Shown here piece by piece: positions 9,660-18,031 of a stretch of DNA of 64,000 nt (position 1 is its first letter; each line of letters starts with the position of its first letter). Below the pieces are notes generated by a model. The model was not told where the DNA came from, made no database searches, and worked only from the letters and a program-made list of their open reading frames with translations. A program made the position numbers and the translations under genes. Location: assembly GCA_045656705.1 (NCBI GenBank), contig JAZORR010000013.1, positions 19,401-83,400 on the forward strand, read 5' to 3'. Source of the stretch: Muribaculaceae bacterium. Its GTDB lineage: Bacteria; Bacteroidota; Bacteroidia; Bacteroidales; Muribaculaceae.

Positions 9660-10937
9660 TTACTTTATTTCGCGATGTTCGCCAAGATTTAGTTCCTCTA
9701 CATTTTTCCATAGGAACATCTTGTCGCTCGGACGTATCTTGTCGGCAATCTTGATAGAGAAGCGTTGTCCCTTTTTCGCCATTTCTACCGGCTGCAAGTC
9801 TACGCGAATCTCTTCGATTTTGGCAGGAACAGCACCAGTGGTAGGTCCTGTAATGAACACTTCGTCGCCCACATGGAGTTCGCCCGATTCCATTTGGAAT
9901 TCTGCTACGCCGATTTTTGAGAAATAACGAATGCCTTTGGCAATGTACACCTTGATTCTTGTAGCCGAAGATCCGTATTTTGAAGTCCATTCGCCAAGTC
10001 GTTGGCCAAGGTAATATCCGTCCCAGAAACCACGATTGAATATTGTGGTAAGTCGAGCATCCCAATCGGCCACTTTTTCATCGGTGAAAGTGCCCTCGAT
10101 GTAGGAATTGATAGCCTCATTGTAGCAGCTCACTGCAGTGCGCACATATTCTGGTCCACGCGCACGACCTTCAATCTTGAACACACGCACTCCGGCATCT
10201 ATCATCTTATTCATGAAGTGGATGGTCTTCAAGTCGTTAGGCGACATGATGTATTTGTTTTCGATATCGAGTTGTTCGCCAGTGTCGCGATCGGTAACGG
10301 TGTAGGCTCGACGACATATCTGTCCACAAGCACCACGATTGGCACTGCGATTCATTTCGTGCAAACTCATATAGCACTTACCCGACACAGCCATACATAA
10401 TGCTCCGTGGCAGAACATCTCAATACGCACCAATTCGCCGTGAGGTCCACGAATGTCATCGTTGATGATAGTTTGGTGAATGTTGTACACTTGCTCGAGA
10501 TTAAGTTCTCGCGCAAGCACCACTACATCGGCATATTGAGCATAGAAACGCACTGCTTCGCTATTTGAGATATTCACTTGAGTAGAAATGTGTACCTCTA
10601 CACCAATACTGCGTGCATAAAGTATCGCCGCCATATCACTTGCAATGATAGCCGACAATTTAGCCTCCTTAGCAGCATCGATGATTTTACGCATCATCTC
10701 AAGGTCGTTGTCGTAAATCACTGTGTTCACAGTAAGATAACTTTTCAAGCCATTTTCGTGGCAATACTCGGCAATCTTATGCAGGTCGTCGATAGTGAAG
10801 TTATTAGCCGAATTAGAACGCATATTCAGCCCCTCGATGCCGAAGTAAATGGCATCGGCACCACCTTGCACGGCAGCCACAAGCGACTCATACGAGCCCA
10901 CAGGCGCCATTATCTCAAAATCTTTTCTTTCCATCAT
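9660..10937 (-). CDS. Peptidase U32 family protein (PrtC/collagenase-like)
   Basis: 425 aa. U32 signature-like EMFCHGALCMAVSGKCYMS. N-terminus FEIMAPVGSYESLVAAVQGGADAIYFG. Confidence 0.8.
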   Translation of the reverse strand: MMERKDFEIMAPVGSYESLVAAVQGGADAIYFGIEGLNMRSNSANNFTIDDLHKIAEYCHENGLKSYLTVNTVIYDNDLEMMRKIIDAAKEAKLSAIIASDMAAILYARSIGVEVHISTQVNISNSEAVRFYAQYADVVVLARELNLEQVYNIHQTIINDDIRGPHGELVRIEMFCHGALCMAVSGKCYMSLHEMNRSANRGACGQICRRAYTVTDRDTGEQLDIENKYIMSPNDLKTIHFMNKMIDAGVRVFKIEGRARGPEYVRTAVSCYNEAINSYIEGTFTDEKVADWDARLTTIFNRGFWDGYYLGQRLGEWTSKYGSSATRIKVYIAKGIRYFSKIGVAEFQMESGELHVGDEVFITGPTTGAVPAKIEEIRVDLQPVEMAKKGQRFSIKIADKIRPSDKMFLWKNVEELNLGEHREIK

Positions 10938-10955
10938 TTATTAAATAATCCTCTG

Positions 10956-10963
10956 CAAAGATA
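10956..10963 (-). promoter_or_regulatory. -7 box (TATCTTTG on the minus strand) for the U32 gene
   Basis: Plus-strand caaagata gives rc TATCTTTG, ~20 nt upstream of ATG 10937. Confidence 0.45.
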
Positions 10964-10986
10964 CAACATATATCAGAAAGATTGCG

Positions 10987-10994
10987 TAATTTTG
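10987..10994 (+). promoter_or_regulatory. -7 box (TAATTTTG) for the nonulosonic-acid operon
   Basis: TAATTTTG lies 20 nt upstream of ATG 11014, divergent from the U32 promoter. Confidence 0.45.
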
Positions 10995-11013
10995 TAGAAA
11001 TTAGATATAGAAT

Positions 11014-11991
11014 ATGAAAAAGGTATTGGTTACAGGTGCCGATGGGTTCATCGGATCACATCTTGTGGAACTTCTTCTAAGCGAAGGATATGAAGTGCGT
11101 GCATTGAGCGTTTATAACTCGTTCAACTATTGGGGCTGGCTCGAAGGTATGCATCACCCTAATCTTGAGGTGGTGTGTGGCGATGTGCGCGATCCTAATT
11201 ATTGCCGTGAGATAATGCGTGGATGCGACACTGTGCTACACTTGGCTGCTCTTATTGCTATTCCTTATAGCTACGTGGCTCTTGATAGTTATGTAGACAC
11301 AAATATCAAAGGTACGCTCAATATCTGCCAAGCGGCTCGCGACCTTGGAGTGGAACGCGTGCTGGTGACTTCTACGAGCGAGGTGTATGGCACTGCTCAA
11401 TATGTGCCTATCGACGAAAAGCACCCTCGCCAACCACAATCGCCATACTCGGCTACCAAGATTGGTGCCGATGCCATAGCTATGAGTTTCTACAACGCTT
11501 TCAATCTGCCTGTGGTGATAGCTCGTCCGTTTAATACTTACGGACCTCGCCAATCGGCTCGCGCTATCATCCCTACCATTATCACGCAGATAGCTAATGG
11601 AGCGAGAGAGATAAAGGTGGGCGACCTCACCCCTACTCGCGATTTCAACTATGTAAAAGATACTTGCCGTGGTTTCCTTGCTCTTGCAAAGGCTCCAGGC
11701 ATTGAGGGCGAAGAAATAAATATTGCCACTAATTCAGAAATCTCAATGGAGGATACTCTGAAGACTATTGCTCGCTTGATGGATGCCGATGTGAATTGGG
11801 TGCAAGATCCCGATCGTATTCGTCCGTCGAAGAGTGAGGTGTTCCGTTTGTGGGGCGATAATACTAAAATCACTACGCTCACCGATTGGCGTCCGCAATA
11901 TAGCATAGAACAAGGTCTTGCCGAAACCATTGAGTGGTTTACCAAGAAGGAAAACTTGGCCAAATATAAGGCGAACATCTACAATAAGTGA
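11014..11991 (+). CDS. SDR-family NAD-dependent sugar-nucleotide 4,6-dehydratase (LegB-like)
   Basis: 325 aa. Rossmann motif VTGADGFIGSHL, catalytic SPYSATK (YxxxK), and strings YNSFNYWGWLE and RPFNTYGPRQSARAIIPTIITQI that I recall as typical of LegB-type dehydratases. It is the first gene of the neuB/C/A operon. Confidence 0.65.
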   Translation: MKKVLVTGADGFIGSHLVELLLSEGYEVRALSVYNSFNYWGWLEGMHHPNLEVVCGDVRDPNYCREIMRGCDTVLHLAALIAIPYSYVALDSYVDTNIKGTLNICQAARDLGVERVLVTSTSEVYGTAQYVPIDEKHPRQPQSPYSATKIGADAIAMSFYNAFNLPVVIARPFNTYGPRQSARAIIPTIITQIANGAREIKVGDLTPTRDFNYVKDTCRGFLALAKAPGIEGEEINIATNSEISMEDTLKTIARLMDADVNWVQDPDRIRPSKSEVFRLWGDNTKITTLTDWRPQYSIEQGLAETIEWFTKKENLAKYKANIYNK

Positions 11992-12004
11992 GAAATTAGG
12001 AGTT

Positions 12005-12643
12005 ATGAGTGAGAGGAGATTGATACTTGTGGGTGGTGGTGGTCACTGCAAAGCAGTGATAGATGTGGCTGTGTCGGCAGGTAGAAATGTTTACGGCATA
12101 CTCGACAACAATATAGCCATCGGCACTACAGTTCTTGGCGTGCCTGTGATAGGTGGTGACGACGATATAGCTTCTGTGGCTAATGAAAACACCGAGTTCG
12201 TCATCACTGTAGGACAAATCAAGAGTTCTTCCATTCGTCGCTCAATCGCCGATAGAATAAGACTTGCAGGTGGCAAATTAGCCTCACCTCTCATAGCAAG
12301 CACTGCTCACATAGCCATAGGTGCTGAGATAGGAAAAGGCTCTGTGGTGATGCACAATGCTGTAATAAACTCTGATGCTAAAATAGGCGAAAACTGCATA
12401 ATCAACACAGGTGGCATTGTGGAACACGACTGCACGGTGGGCGATTTCGTGCATATCTCTACTGGAGCTATCGTAAACGGAATGAGCCATATAGGCAACG
12501 ATTGCTTCGTGGGTAGTCACGCCACTGTGGCAAATGTGGTGAAGGTGGCACAGGGTTGCATAATAGGCACTGGTGCTGTGGTGATAAAAGATATTGCAGA
12601 ATTAGGCACATACTGCGGTGTTCCCGCCAAAAAAATGAAATAA
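12005..12643 (+). CDS. NeuD/PglD-family hexapeptide-repeat sugar acetyltransferase
   Basis: The ORF-track entry starts at 11918 but overlaps the preceding gene. The in-frame ATG at 12005 gives MSERRLILVGGGGHCKAVIDVA (NeuD/PglD-type N-domain) followed by left-handed beta-helix hexapeptide repeats (IGENCIINTGGIVEHDCTVGDFVHISTGAIVNG). Confidence 0.75.
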   Translation: MSERRLILVGGGGHCKAVIDVAVSAGRNVYGILDNNIAIGTTVLGVPVIGGDDDIASVANENTEFVITVGQIKSSSIRRSIADRIRLAGGKLASPLIASTAHIAIGAEIGKGSVVMHNAVINSDAKIGENCIINTGGIVEHDCTVGDFVHISTGAIVNGMSHIGNDCFVGSHATVANVVKVAQGCIIGTGAVVIKDIAELGTYCGVPAKKMK

Positions 12644-12647
12644 AGTT

Positions 12648-13193
12648 GTGGAAAAGAAATTTTTTAGATTAGTTACTAATGCTTATGATAATGTAGGTGG
12701 TTTATTGTATGCTCCCAAAGGAGTTTATAGATTAGCAGTTGACGGAGAACCTGTGAAAAATTGGGAAAATATAATCATGAAATTAAAGGATGGGTTATAT
12801 ACTGATTTTAGTTCTTGCGTAGGTGGTGCCAATCTCGTTAGTATTGAGTTTAAGGAAGTTGTTGAGAAATTTATACCAAATGATTATCCTCTTGAATTTC
12901 TTCCTGTAAAAGCAGAAAGTGAAAAATATGGTAATCGCACATATTACATAATGCATTTTAAGAAAATATTTGATGTAATTGACAAGAAACATACTGTATA
13001 TGTTGATGGAACCGATTGTGTAATAAAAGTGTGCTTAGATTATCAAAAATGTAAAGATTTACACATATTTAATACACAACCGGCAATAAACGATGTTATT
13101 GTGTCGGGAGAATTACGTCGAATGTTACGAAAATATAAACTTGATTTAGGCTTTATTTTTCATGAGTTACCATATTATGATTATGGAAAATAA
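12648..13193 (+). CDS. Hypothetical protein, tentatively Imm11/DUF1629-like polymorphic-toxin immunity protein
   Basis: 181 aa with a GTG start 4 nt after the upstream stop. The pattern ...LVSIEFKEVVEKFIPNDYPLEFLPVKA...YYIMHFKKIFDVIDKKHT...LHIFNTQ...DVIVSGELRRMLRKYKLDLGFIFHEL matches my recollection of the DUF1629 layout. No search was run. Confidence 0.45.
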   Translation: MEKKFFRLVTNAYDNVGGLLYAPKGVYRLAVDGEPVKNWENIIMKLKDGLYTDFSSCVGGANLVSIEFKEVVEKFIPNDYPLEFLPVKAESEKYGNRTYYIMHFKKIFDVIDKKHTVYVDGTDCVIKVCLDYQKCKDLHIFNTQPAINDVIVSGELRRMLRKYKLDLGFIFHELPYYDYGK

Positions 13194-13208
13194 CGATATT
13201 TTAAAATT

Positions 13209-13997
13209 ATGGCAAAACGAGTGATTATAAATAAGGGTGATATATTCTGTGTTGAAATAGAGGGAAAATACAAAAGTTATTTCCAATTTTTAGATAAAGA
13301 TGTCAATTTATTGAATAGTAACGTTATAAGAGTTTTTAAAACACGTTATCCATTAGATTATGAGCCTATTCTTGCTGAAATAGTACAAGATGATGTGCTT
13401 TTTTATACGCATACATTTATAAGGGTTGGATTAGATTATAACGCTTGGTATAAGATAGGTAGATTAAAACAGGAAGAACCTTATAATCTTACAAATGTAA
13501 AATTTGGAACTTTTTGTGAAACGAGATTAAAGCGAGATAATGGCATTTTAGAATTTATAACTGTCAGTCCTTTAGAGAATTGGACTACGTGGTATGTTAA
13601 CGGAGAATATGAATGTGATGTTGATTTAATGACTGAAGATATAGAGATATTGGAACTTGGTGGAGTTATGCCATATTCACATGTTCTGTATAGAATCGAA
13701 TATGGTTATTATCGTTCTTGGTCTAAAGAATATGACATTATCAAGCGACGTCCGATAGCGGGGGTGAATAGCTACACGAAGCGCGAAATTGACGGAAACG
13801 AGTGCTATTTTCATTTTATCGGTGAGGATATTTATTGCGAGATTATTGTAACGCCACAGGGTGTAATCAAGCTTACTCAGGAAGAGCCCGAAAAGGACGG
13901 TTGCACATTCCACGCCCGCAAGTTCTGGGAAATCAACTGGAAATACCGAGACCACATCACCGCAGAGGGCTTTGAAGAGATGTGGAATAAAAACTAA
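13209..13997 (+). CDS. Hypothetical protein, paralogue 1; N-terminal Imm26-like immunity domain (tentative) plus conserved C-terminal module
   Basis: 262 aa. N-terminus MAKRVIINKGDIFCVEIEGKYKSYFQF...VIRVF...WYKIG...ENWTTWYVNG...MPYSHVLYRIEYGYY follows the GD(I/V)F-x-V...Y..Q...W..iG...W layout I associate with Imm26-type proteins. It is a full-length paralogue of 15033..15821. Confidence 0.45.
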   Translation: MAKRVIINKGDIFCVEIEGKYKSYFQFLDKDVNLLNSNVIRVFKTRYPLDYEPILAEIVQDDVLFYTHTFIRVGLDYNAWYKIGRLKQEEPYNLTNVKFGTFCETRLKRDNGILEFITVSPLENWTTWYVNGEYECDVDLMTEDIEILELGGVMPYSHVLYRIEYGYYRSWSKEYDIIKRRPIAGVNSYTKREIDGNECYFHFIGEDIYCEIIVTPQGVIKLTQEEPEKDGCTFHARKFWEINWKYRDHITAEGFEEMWNKN

Positions 13998-14032
13998 AAA
14001 CTATCATTTATTTCTAAATTTTGTAAAATAAT

Positions 14033-14473
14033 ATGGAAGCGTATTTTGAAGATGATATGGAAGAAAAACTAATGGTGAAATTGTTAACTGACGTTTTCAA
14101 AAAATTACCGCCAGATTCGTATCTATGTGTAGATATTTTATTTGATTTCGTTTTTAAAGATGGTTTTCTTCCTAAACTGAATCAAGTAAAGGAAGAGATG
14201 ATAGGTCATCAAGGATTTTGTTGTTTTAAATTTAAGTTAACTCCTGATTGTGTTGACTATCTTATAGAATCGTTGGAAGAGGATAACTTATTAGTAAATT
14301 ATTTGTGCCATTATATGGTAATAAATGGGACTGAGGTGTTGCTAGACGCTTATGATCAAACGTTGATAACGGTTAGAGAAGATTTTAATATCTCACAAGA
14401 TTTTATCCAAGAATGTAGTAAATATGAAATCTACATATCTACAGAAGATAAAATCACTTCTACCTTTAATTAA
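14033..14473 (+). CDS. Hypothetical protein (146 aa), acidic, no recognisable motif
   Basis: ATG-initiated ORF on the same strand with AT-rich composition like its neighbours. No signal peptide. Confidence 0.4.
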   Translation: MEAYFEDDMEEKLMVKLLTDVFKKLPPDSYLCVDILFDFVFKDGFLPKLNQVKEEMIGHQGFCCFKFKLTPDCVDYLIESLEEDNLLVNYLCHYMVINGTEVLLDAYDQTLITVREDFNISQDFIQECSKYEIYISTEDKITSTFN

Positions 14474-14582
14474 TTTGTGTTTGACAATATCTGAATCAAG
14501 GCAATGTTGTATCACTATATACCTATTATACCGGGATTTTTTGAGAAGTTAAAAGGAAATTATTAATCTAAATATATTTAAT

Positions 14583-14987
14583 ATGAAAATTATAACTATA
14601 ATTTTAGCGTCATTGCTTTTGATATTCAGATATTGTACAATGGAACCGGAAGAATATTAATTTGTTACAATAAAAAATAATTCAAATATTCCTTTAGTAT
14701 GTATATTGGAGAATGAAGAACCATTAGAGGGCTTTAAATTTGTTGATAGAGAGTCAGAAACTGCACTAGGAGAATATGATGTCGGAAAAATGTTTCTAGC
14801 CCAGACAAGACAAGATGTTTTCAAAAAAAAGGATAATGTTGTTTTCTGGTTCTTCCCGATGGATGTCTTTATGAAACTAGAAGCTGGGGATAGTCTCATT
14901 AATTATCCTGAAGAGATTGTTTTAAAGATAGTTAAATGTAACAAGAGGGAGCTTGAGACATTGAATTGGACAATTACTTATCCATAA
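14583..14987 (+). pseudogene. Possible small secreted/lipoprotein gene interrupted by one in-frame TAA
   Basis: ATG 14583 encodes MKIITIILASLLLIFRYCTMEPEEY, then TAA at 14658-14660. The same frame continues open (FVTIKNNSNIPLVCILENEEPLEGFKF...) into the track ORF 14706..14987, which itself has only a TTG start. Confidence 0.3.
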
Positions 14988-15032
14988 GTGAATGGTATAA
15001 AAAAACATTGATGTACTTATTTAAATATTATT

Positions 15033-15821
15033 ATGGCAAAGAGAATAGTAACAAAGGTTGGAGATGTGTTTTGTGTAGAAATAGACAACGAGTATAAATG
15101 TTTTTTTCAATATATTGAGAAAGATTTAAGTCAACTAAATAGTTCCGTAATAAGAGTATTTAAACGACGTTACCCTATTGAATACAATCCTATAATTGAA
15201 GAAATAGTGAGTGATGATATTTTGTTCTATGCACATACTGTTCTAAGAGCTGGTATTGATTATAAAGCATGGTATAAAGTAGGTAAATCCAAAGAATTGG
15301 GATTAGATGGTTTAAGTAAAGTATTATGGGGGGTAGTACATATTCATAAATTATACATTATAGATCATGTACCCCAAATAGACAAGGCTAATCCATTAGA
15401 AAATTGGACTATTTGGTACTCTAATTATAAAACGATTGATATAGGAATTTTACCTAAAAAATATTATGAAATTATAGAAGAAGGAGCCGTAATACCTTAT
15501 TCTAGCATTGTAAAGAGGTTAAAATATGGCTATTATTTAAGTTATGACCCTATGTATGATATTATTAAGCGCCGCCCGATAGCGGGGGTGAATAGCTACA
15601 CGAAGCATGAGATTGATGGGAAAGTGTGCTATTTTCATTTTATCGGCGAGGATATATACCGCGAAATTATTGTAACACCACAGGATGTAATCAAACTCAC
15701 TCAGGAATACCCACAGAAAGAAGGTTACTCATTTCATGCTCGCAAGTTTTGGGAAATAAATTGGAATTACAAAGATCACATCACCGAAGATGATTTCCTA
15801 TCAATATGGAATAAAGCATAA
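15033..15821 (+). CDS. Hypothetical protein, paralogue 2 of 13209..13997 (Imm26-like N-terminal domain, tentative)
   Basis: 262 aa, the same length as paralogue 1. MAKRIVTKVGDVFCVEIDNEYKCFFQY... The last ~90 aa are nearly identical to paralogue 1 (DIIKRRPIAGVNSYTK.EIDG..CYFHFIGEDIY.EIIVTPQ.VIKLTQE...HARKFWEINW.Y.DHIT). Confidence 0.45.
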   Translation: MAKRIVTKVGDVFCVEIDNEYKCFFQYIEKDLSQLNSSVIRVFKRRYPIEYNPIIEEIVSDDILFYAHTVLRAGIDYKAWYKVGKSKELGLDGLSKVLWGVVHIHKLYIIDHVPQIDKANPLENWTIWYSNYKTIDIGILPKKYYEIIEEGAVIPYSSIVKRLKYGYYLSYDPMYDIIKRRPIAGVNSYTKHEIDGKVCYFHFIGEDIYREIIVTPQDVIKLTQEYPQKEGYSFHARKFWEINWNYKDHITEDDFLSIWNKA

Positions 15822-15840
15822 ATATTTTCAATTATTTTCT

Positions 15841-15848
15841 TAAATTTG
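15841..15848 (+). promoter_or_regulatory. -7 box-like TAAATTTG at the right edge of the insertion, just upstream of neuB
   Basis: TAAATTTG at 15841-15848. The neuB ATGs are at 15852 and 15858, so the spacing is very short and function is uncertain. Confidence 0.25.
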
Positions 15849-15851
15849 CAC

Positions 15852-16859
15852 ATGAATATGAATAAGACTATAATTATAGCTGAAGCGGGGGTGAATCATA
15901 ATGGCGATATGGGTATCGCTAAAGGTCTCATAGATGCTGCTGCCGATGCTGGGGTTGATTATGTGAAATTCCAGACTTTCAAGACCGAAAATTTGGTGTC
16001 GCACGATGCTCCTACTGCCGAATATCAGAAATCGGCAACTAATGAGTCGTCGCAATTTGCTATGCTCAAGCGTTTGGAGCTAAGCGAGGAACAGCATCTC
16101 ACTCTTATCGATTACTGCAATGAGAAGGGTGTAAAATTCCTTTCTACGGCATTCGACCTCGATAGTATCGATCTATTGAGCCGATTTGACCTTGATTTCT
16201 GGAAAGTGCCAAGTGGCGAAATCACCAACTACCCTTATTTGGCGAAAACAGCTCGCACAGGTAAGCCCGTGGTGATGTCGACGGGTATGTGCGACGAAAA
16301 TGACATACATAATGCCATTTATGCTTTATGCGAAAATGGTGCAAACAAAGATGACATTACCTTATTGCATTGCAACACGCAATACCCTACTCCAATGGCC
16401 GATGTGAATCTGCGAGCAATGGCGAGAATGGAGACCTCATTCGGCGTGCAAGTGGGCTATAGCGACCACACTCAGGGCATTGAAGTGCCGATAGCGGCTG
16501 TGGCTCTCGGGGCGAAGGTGATAGAGAAGCATTTCACGCTCGACCGTAATATGGAAGGCCCCGACCACAAGGCTTCGCTCGAACCTCACGAACTCAAGGC
16601 TATGGTTTCGGCTATTCGCCACATAGAGGAGGCTCTCGGGAATGGCGAAAAGCGTACATCGGCGAGCGAAACACCCAATAAGGCTGTGGCTCGCAAGAGT
16701 ATAGTGGCCAAATGCCACATTGAGGCTGGCGAACTGCTCTCCGAAGAGAATATCACAGTGAAACGCCCCGGAACGGGCATCTCACCAATGCGTTGGCGTG
16801 AGGTGTTAGGTACAAAAGCCATACACGACTTCACACCCGACCAACTGATAGAAATATAA
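15852..16859 (+). CDS. neuB: N-acylneuraminate (nonulosonate) synthase, NeuB/LegI family
   Basis: IIIAEAGVNHNGDMGIAKGLIDAAADAGVDYVKFQTF, and a C-terminal SAF-like region IVAKCHIEAGELLSEENITVKRPGTGISP. The track start 15846 is TTG. The first ATG is 15852, and 15858 is also possible. Confidence 0.85.
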   Translation: MNMNKTIIIAEAGVNHNGDMGIAKGLIDAAADAGVDYVKFQTFKTENLVSHDAPTAEYQKSATNESSQFAMLKRLELSEEQHLTLIDYCNEKGVKFLSTAFDLDSIDLLSRFDLDFWKVPSGEITNYPYLAKTARTGKPVVMSTGMCDENDIHNAIYALCENGANKDDITLLHCNTQYPTPMADVNLRAMARMETSFGVQVGYSDHTQGIEVPIAAVALGAKVIEKHFTLDRNMEGPDHKASLEPHELKAMVSAIRHIEEALGNGEKRTSASETPNKAVARKSIVAKCHIEAGELLSEENITVKRPGTGISPMRWREVLGTKAIHDFTPDQLIEI

Positions 16860-18031
16860 TGAACACGATGAAGCGAAAAATATGCATAGTGACGAGTACG
16901 CGTGCCGATTGGGGACTGCTGAGCGGTGTGGCTCAAGCTCTTAACAATCGTGCCGATGTGACTCTGCAAATCATTGCCACGAATATGCACCTCGATGAGC
17001 GATTTGGCAATACCTGGCAAGAGATTAAACGCGACGGATTGCACATAGATTATCGTGTGCCAATGTCTACCGATACCGACAGCCCTGACGGAACTGTGAA
17101 TGCTATGGGCGAATGTATGCAAGGCATGAGCAAGGCATTTGAGGCTCTACGCCCTGATTTGCTGCTAATTCTTGGCGACAGATATGAGATGCTTGCAGTG
17201 GCCGCTACAGCGCTTATTCATCGCATTCCTGTGGCTCATATGCATGGTGGAGAGGTGACGCAAGGTGCGTTCGACGAAAGCATTCGCCATTCTATCACCA
17301 AGATGAGTCACTTGCATTTCACTTCTACCGAAGAGGCTCGAAATCGTGTGATCCAACTCGGAGAGAACCCTGCCCATGTGTTCAATACTGGTGCTATTGG
17401 TGTGTACAACATATTGAATGCCAATCTTATGACTCGTGCCGAACTTGAAGACAACCTTGGCACAGAGATTCCTGAGAAATCGATTTTCGTAACCTTCCAC
17501 CCTTCTACTCTCGACGAAATGTCGCCTGCCGAACAATGCGAAAACCTACTGAAGGCTCTCGACGAGGTGAAGGATTACAAGATATTTTTCTCTTACCCTA
17601 ATAACGATCCTTCGGGACAGGCCATCATAGAGCTTATAGAGGCGTTTGTGGCACGAAACAGCGAGCGTTGCGTGGTATTCCCTTCGCTTGGCGCACGACG
17701 CTATCTTTCGGTGCTAAAATGCGTGTCTGCCGTAGTGGGTAACTCGTCGAGTGGCATTCTTGAGGTGCCATCGATGCACATCCCTACTCTGAACATAGGT
17801 ATCCGTCAGCAAGGTCGCCAACGAGCTAAGTCGGTGATAGACTGTGGAGTAAGCACCGAAGAAATAAGAGAAGGTCTCGCACATGTGTTGTCGCACGAAG
17901 TGAGAGAGATGGCTAAAACGGTGAGCAACCCTTACGAACAGCCCGATACGCTCGCCAAGATAGTGGAAACTGTGGCCACTTTCCCTCTCAACAACATAAT
18001 TCAAAAACCATTTCACGATATCACTCTATGA
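16859..18031 (+). CDS. neuC: UDP-N-acetylglucosamine 2-epimerase (hydrolysing), NeuC/LegG family
   Basis: 390 aa. KICIVTSTRADWGLL and GDRYEMLAVAATALIHRIPVAHMHGGE. The start overlaps the neuB stop (TAATG). Confidence 0.85.
   Translation: MNTMKRKICIVTSTRADWGLLSGVAQALNNRADVTLQIIATNMHLDERFGNTWQEIKRDGLHIDYRVPMSTDTDSPDGTVNAMGECMQGMSKAFEALRPDLLLILGDRYEMLAVAATALIHRIPVAHMHGGEVTQGAFDESIRHSITKMSHLHFTSTEEARNRVIQLGENPAHVFNTGAIGVYNILNANLMTRAELEDNLGTEIPEKSIFVTFHPSTLDEMSPAEQCENLLKALDEVKDYKIFFSYPNNDPSGQAIIELIEAFVARNSERCVVFPSLGARRYLSVLKCVSAVVGNSSSGILEVPSMHIPTLNIGIRQQGRQRAKSVIDCGVSTEEIREGLAHVLSHEVREMAKTVSNPYEQPDTLAKIVETVATFPLNNIIQKPFHDITL

Larger units (their letters stand above)
12644..15845 (+). other. AT-rich accessory insertion (five small same-strand ORFs) splitting the nonulosonic-acid operon
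   Basis: Base composition turns visibly AT-rich immediately after the acetyltransferase stop (12643). It returns to the operon composition at neuB (~15850). None of the ORFs has a sugar-pathway motif. Confidence 0.65.

Noticed and set aside
11918-12004. N-terminal extensions offered by the ORF track. Examples: 11918 for the acetyltransferase, 54590 for the SDR, 53168 for the polyprenyl synthase, 30729 for yceD, 19437 for the RAYT, and 61528, 58990 and 15846 with TTG starts.
   Set aside because: The extensions overlap the preceding gene, run through promoter boxes or REP hairpins, or start at TTG when an ATG with the conserved protein N-terminus lies just downstream.
12637-15820. Possible target-site duplication of the immunity mini-island (gaaataaag at the left edge, ggaataaag at the right edge).
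   Set aside because: The match is only 8 of 9 nt in an AT-rich context. Both copies lie within or abutting stop-codon regions of genes, so it is not distinguishable from chance.
15885-15896. 12-nt identity (gcgggggtgaat) between the conserved 3' module of the paralogues (13758, 15582) and the start of neuB, as a possible recombination junction.
   Set aside because: Many 12-mer matches of this kind are expected by chance in a 64-kb window, and the flanking sequence does not align.
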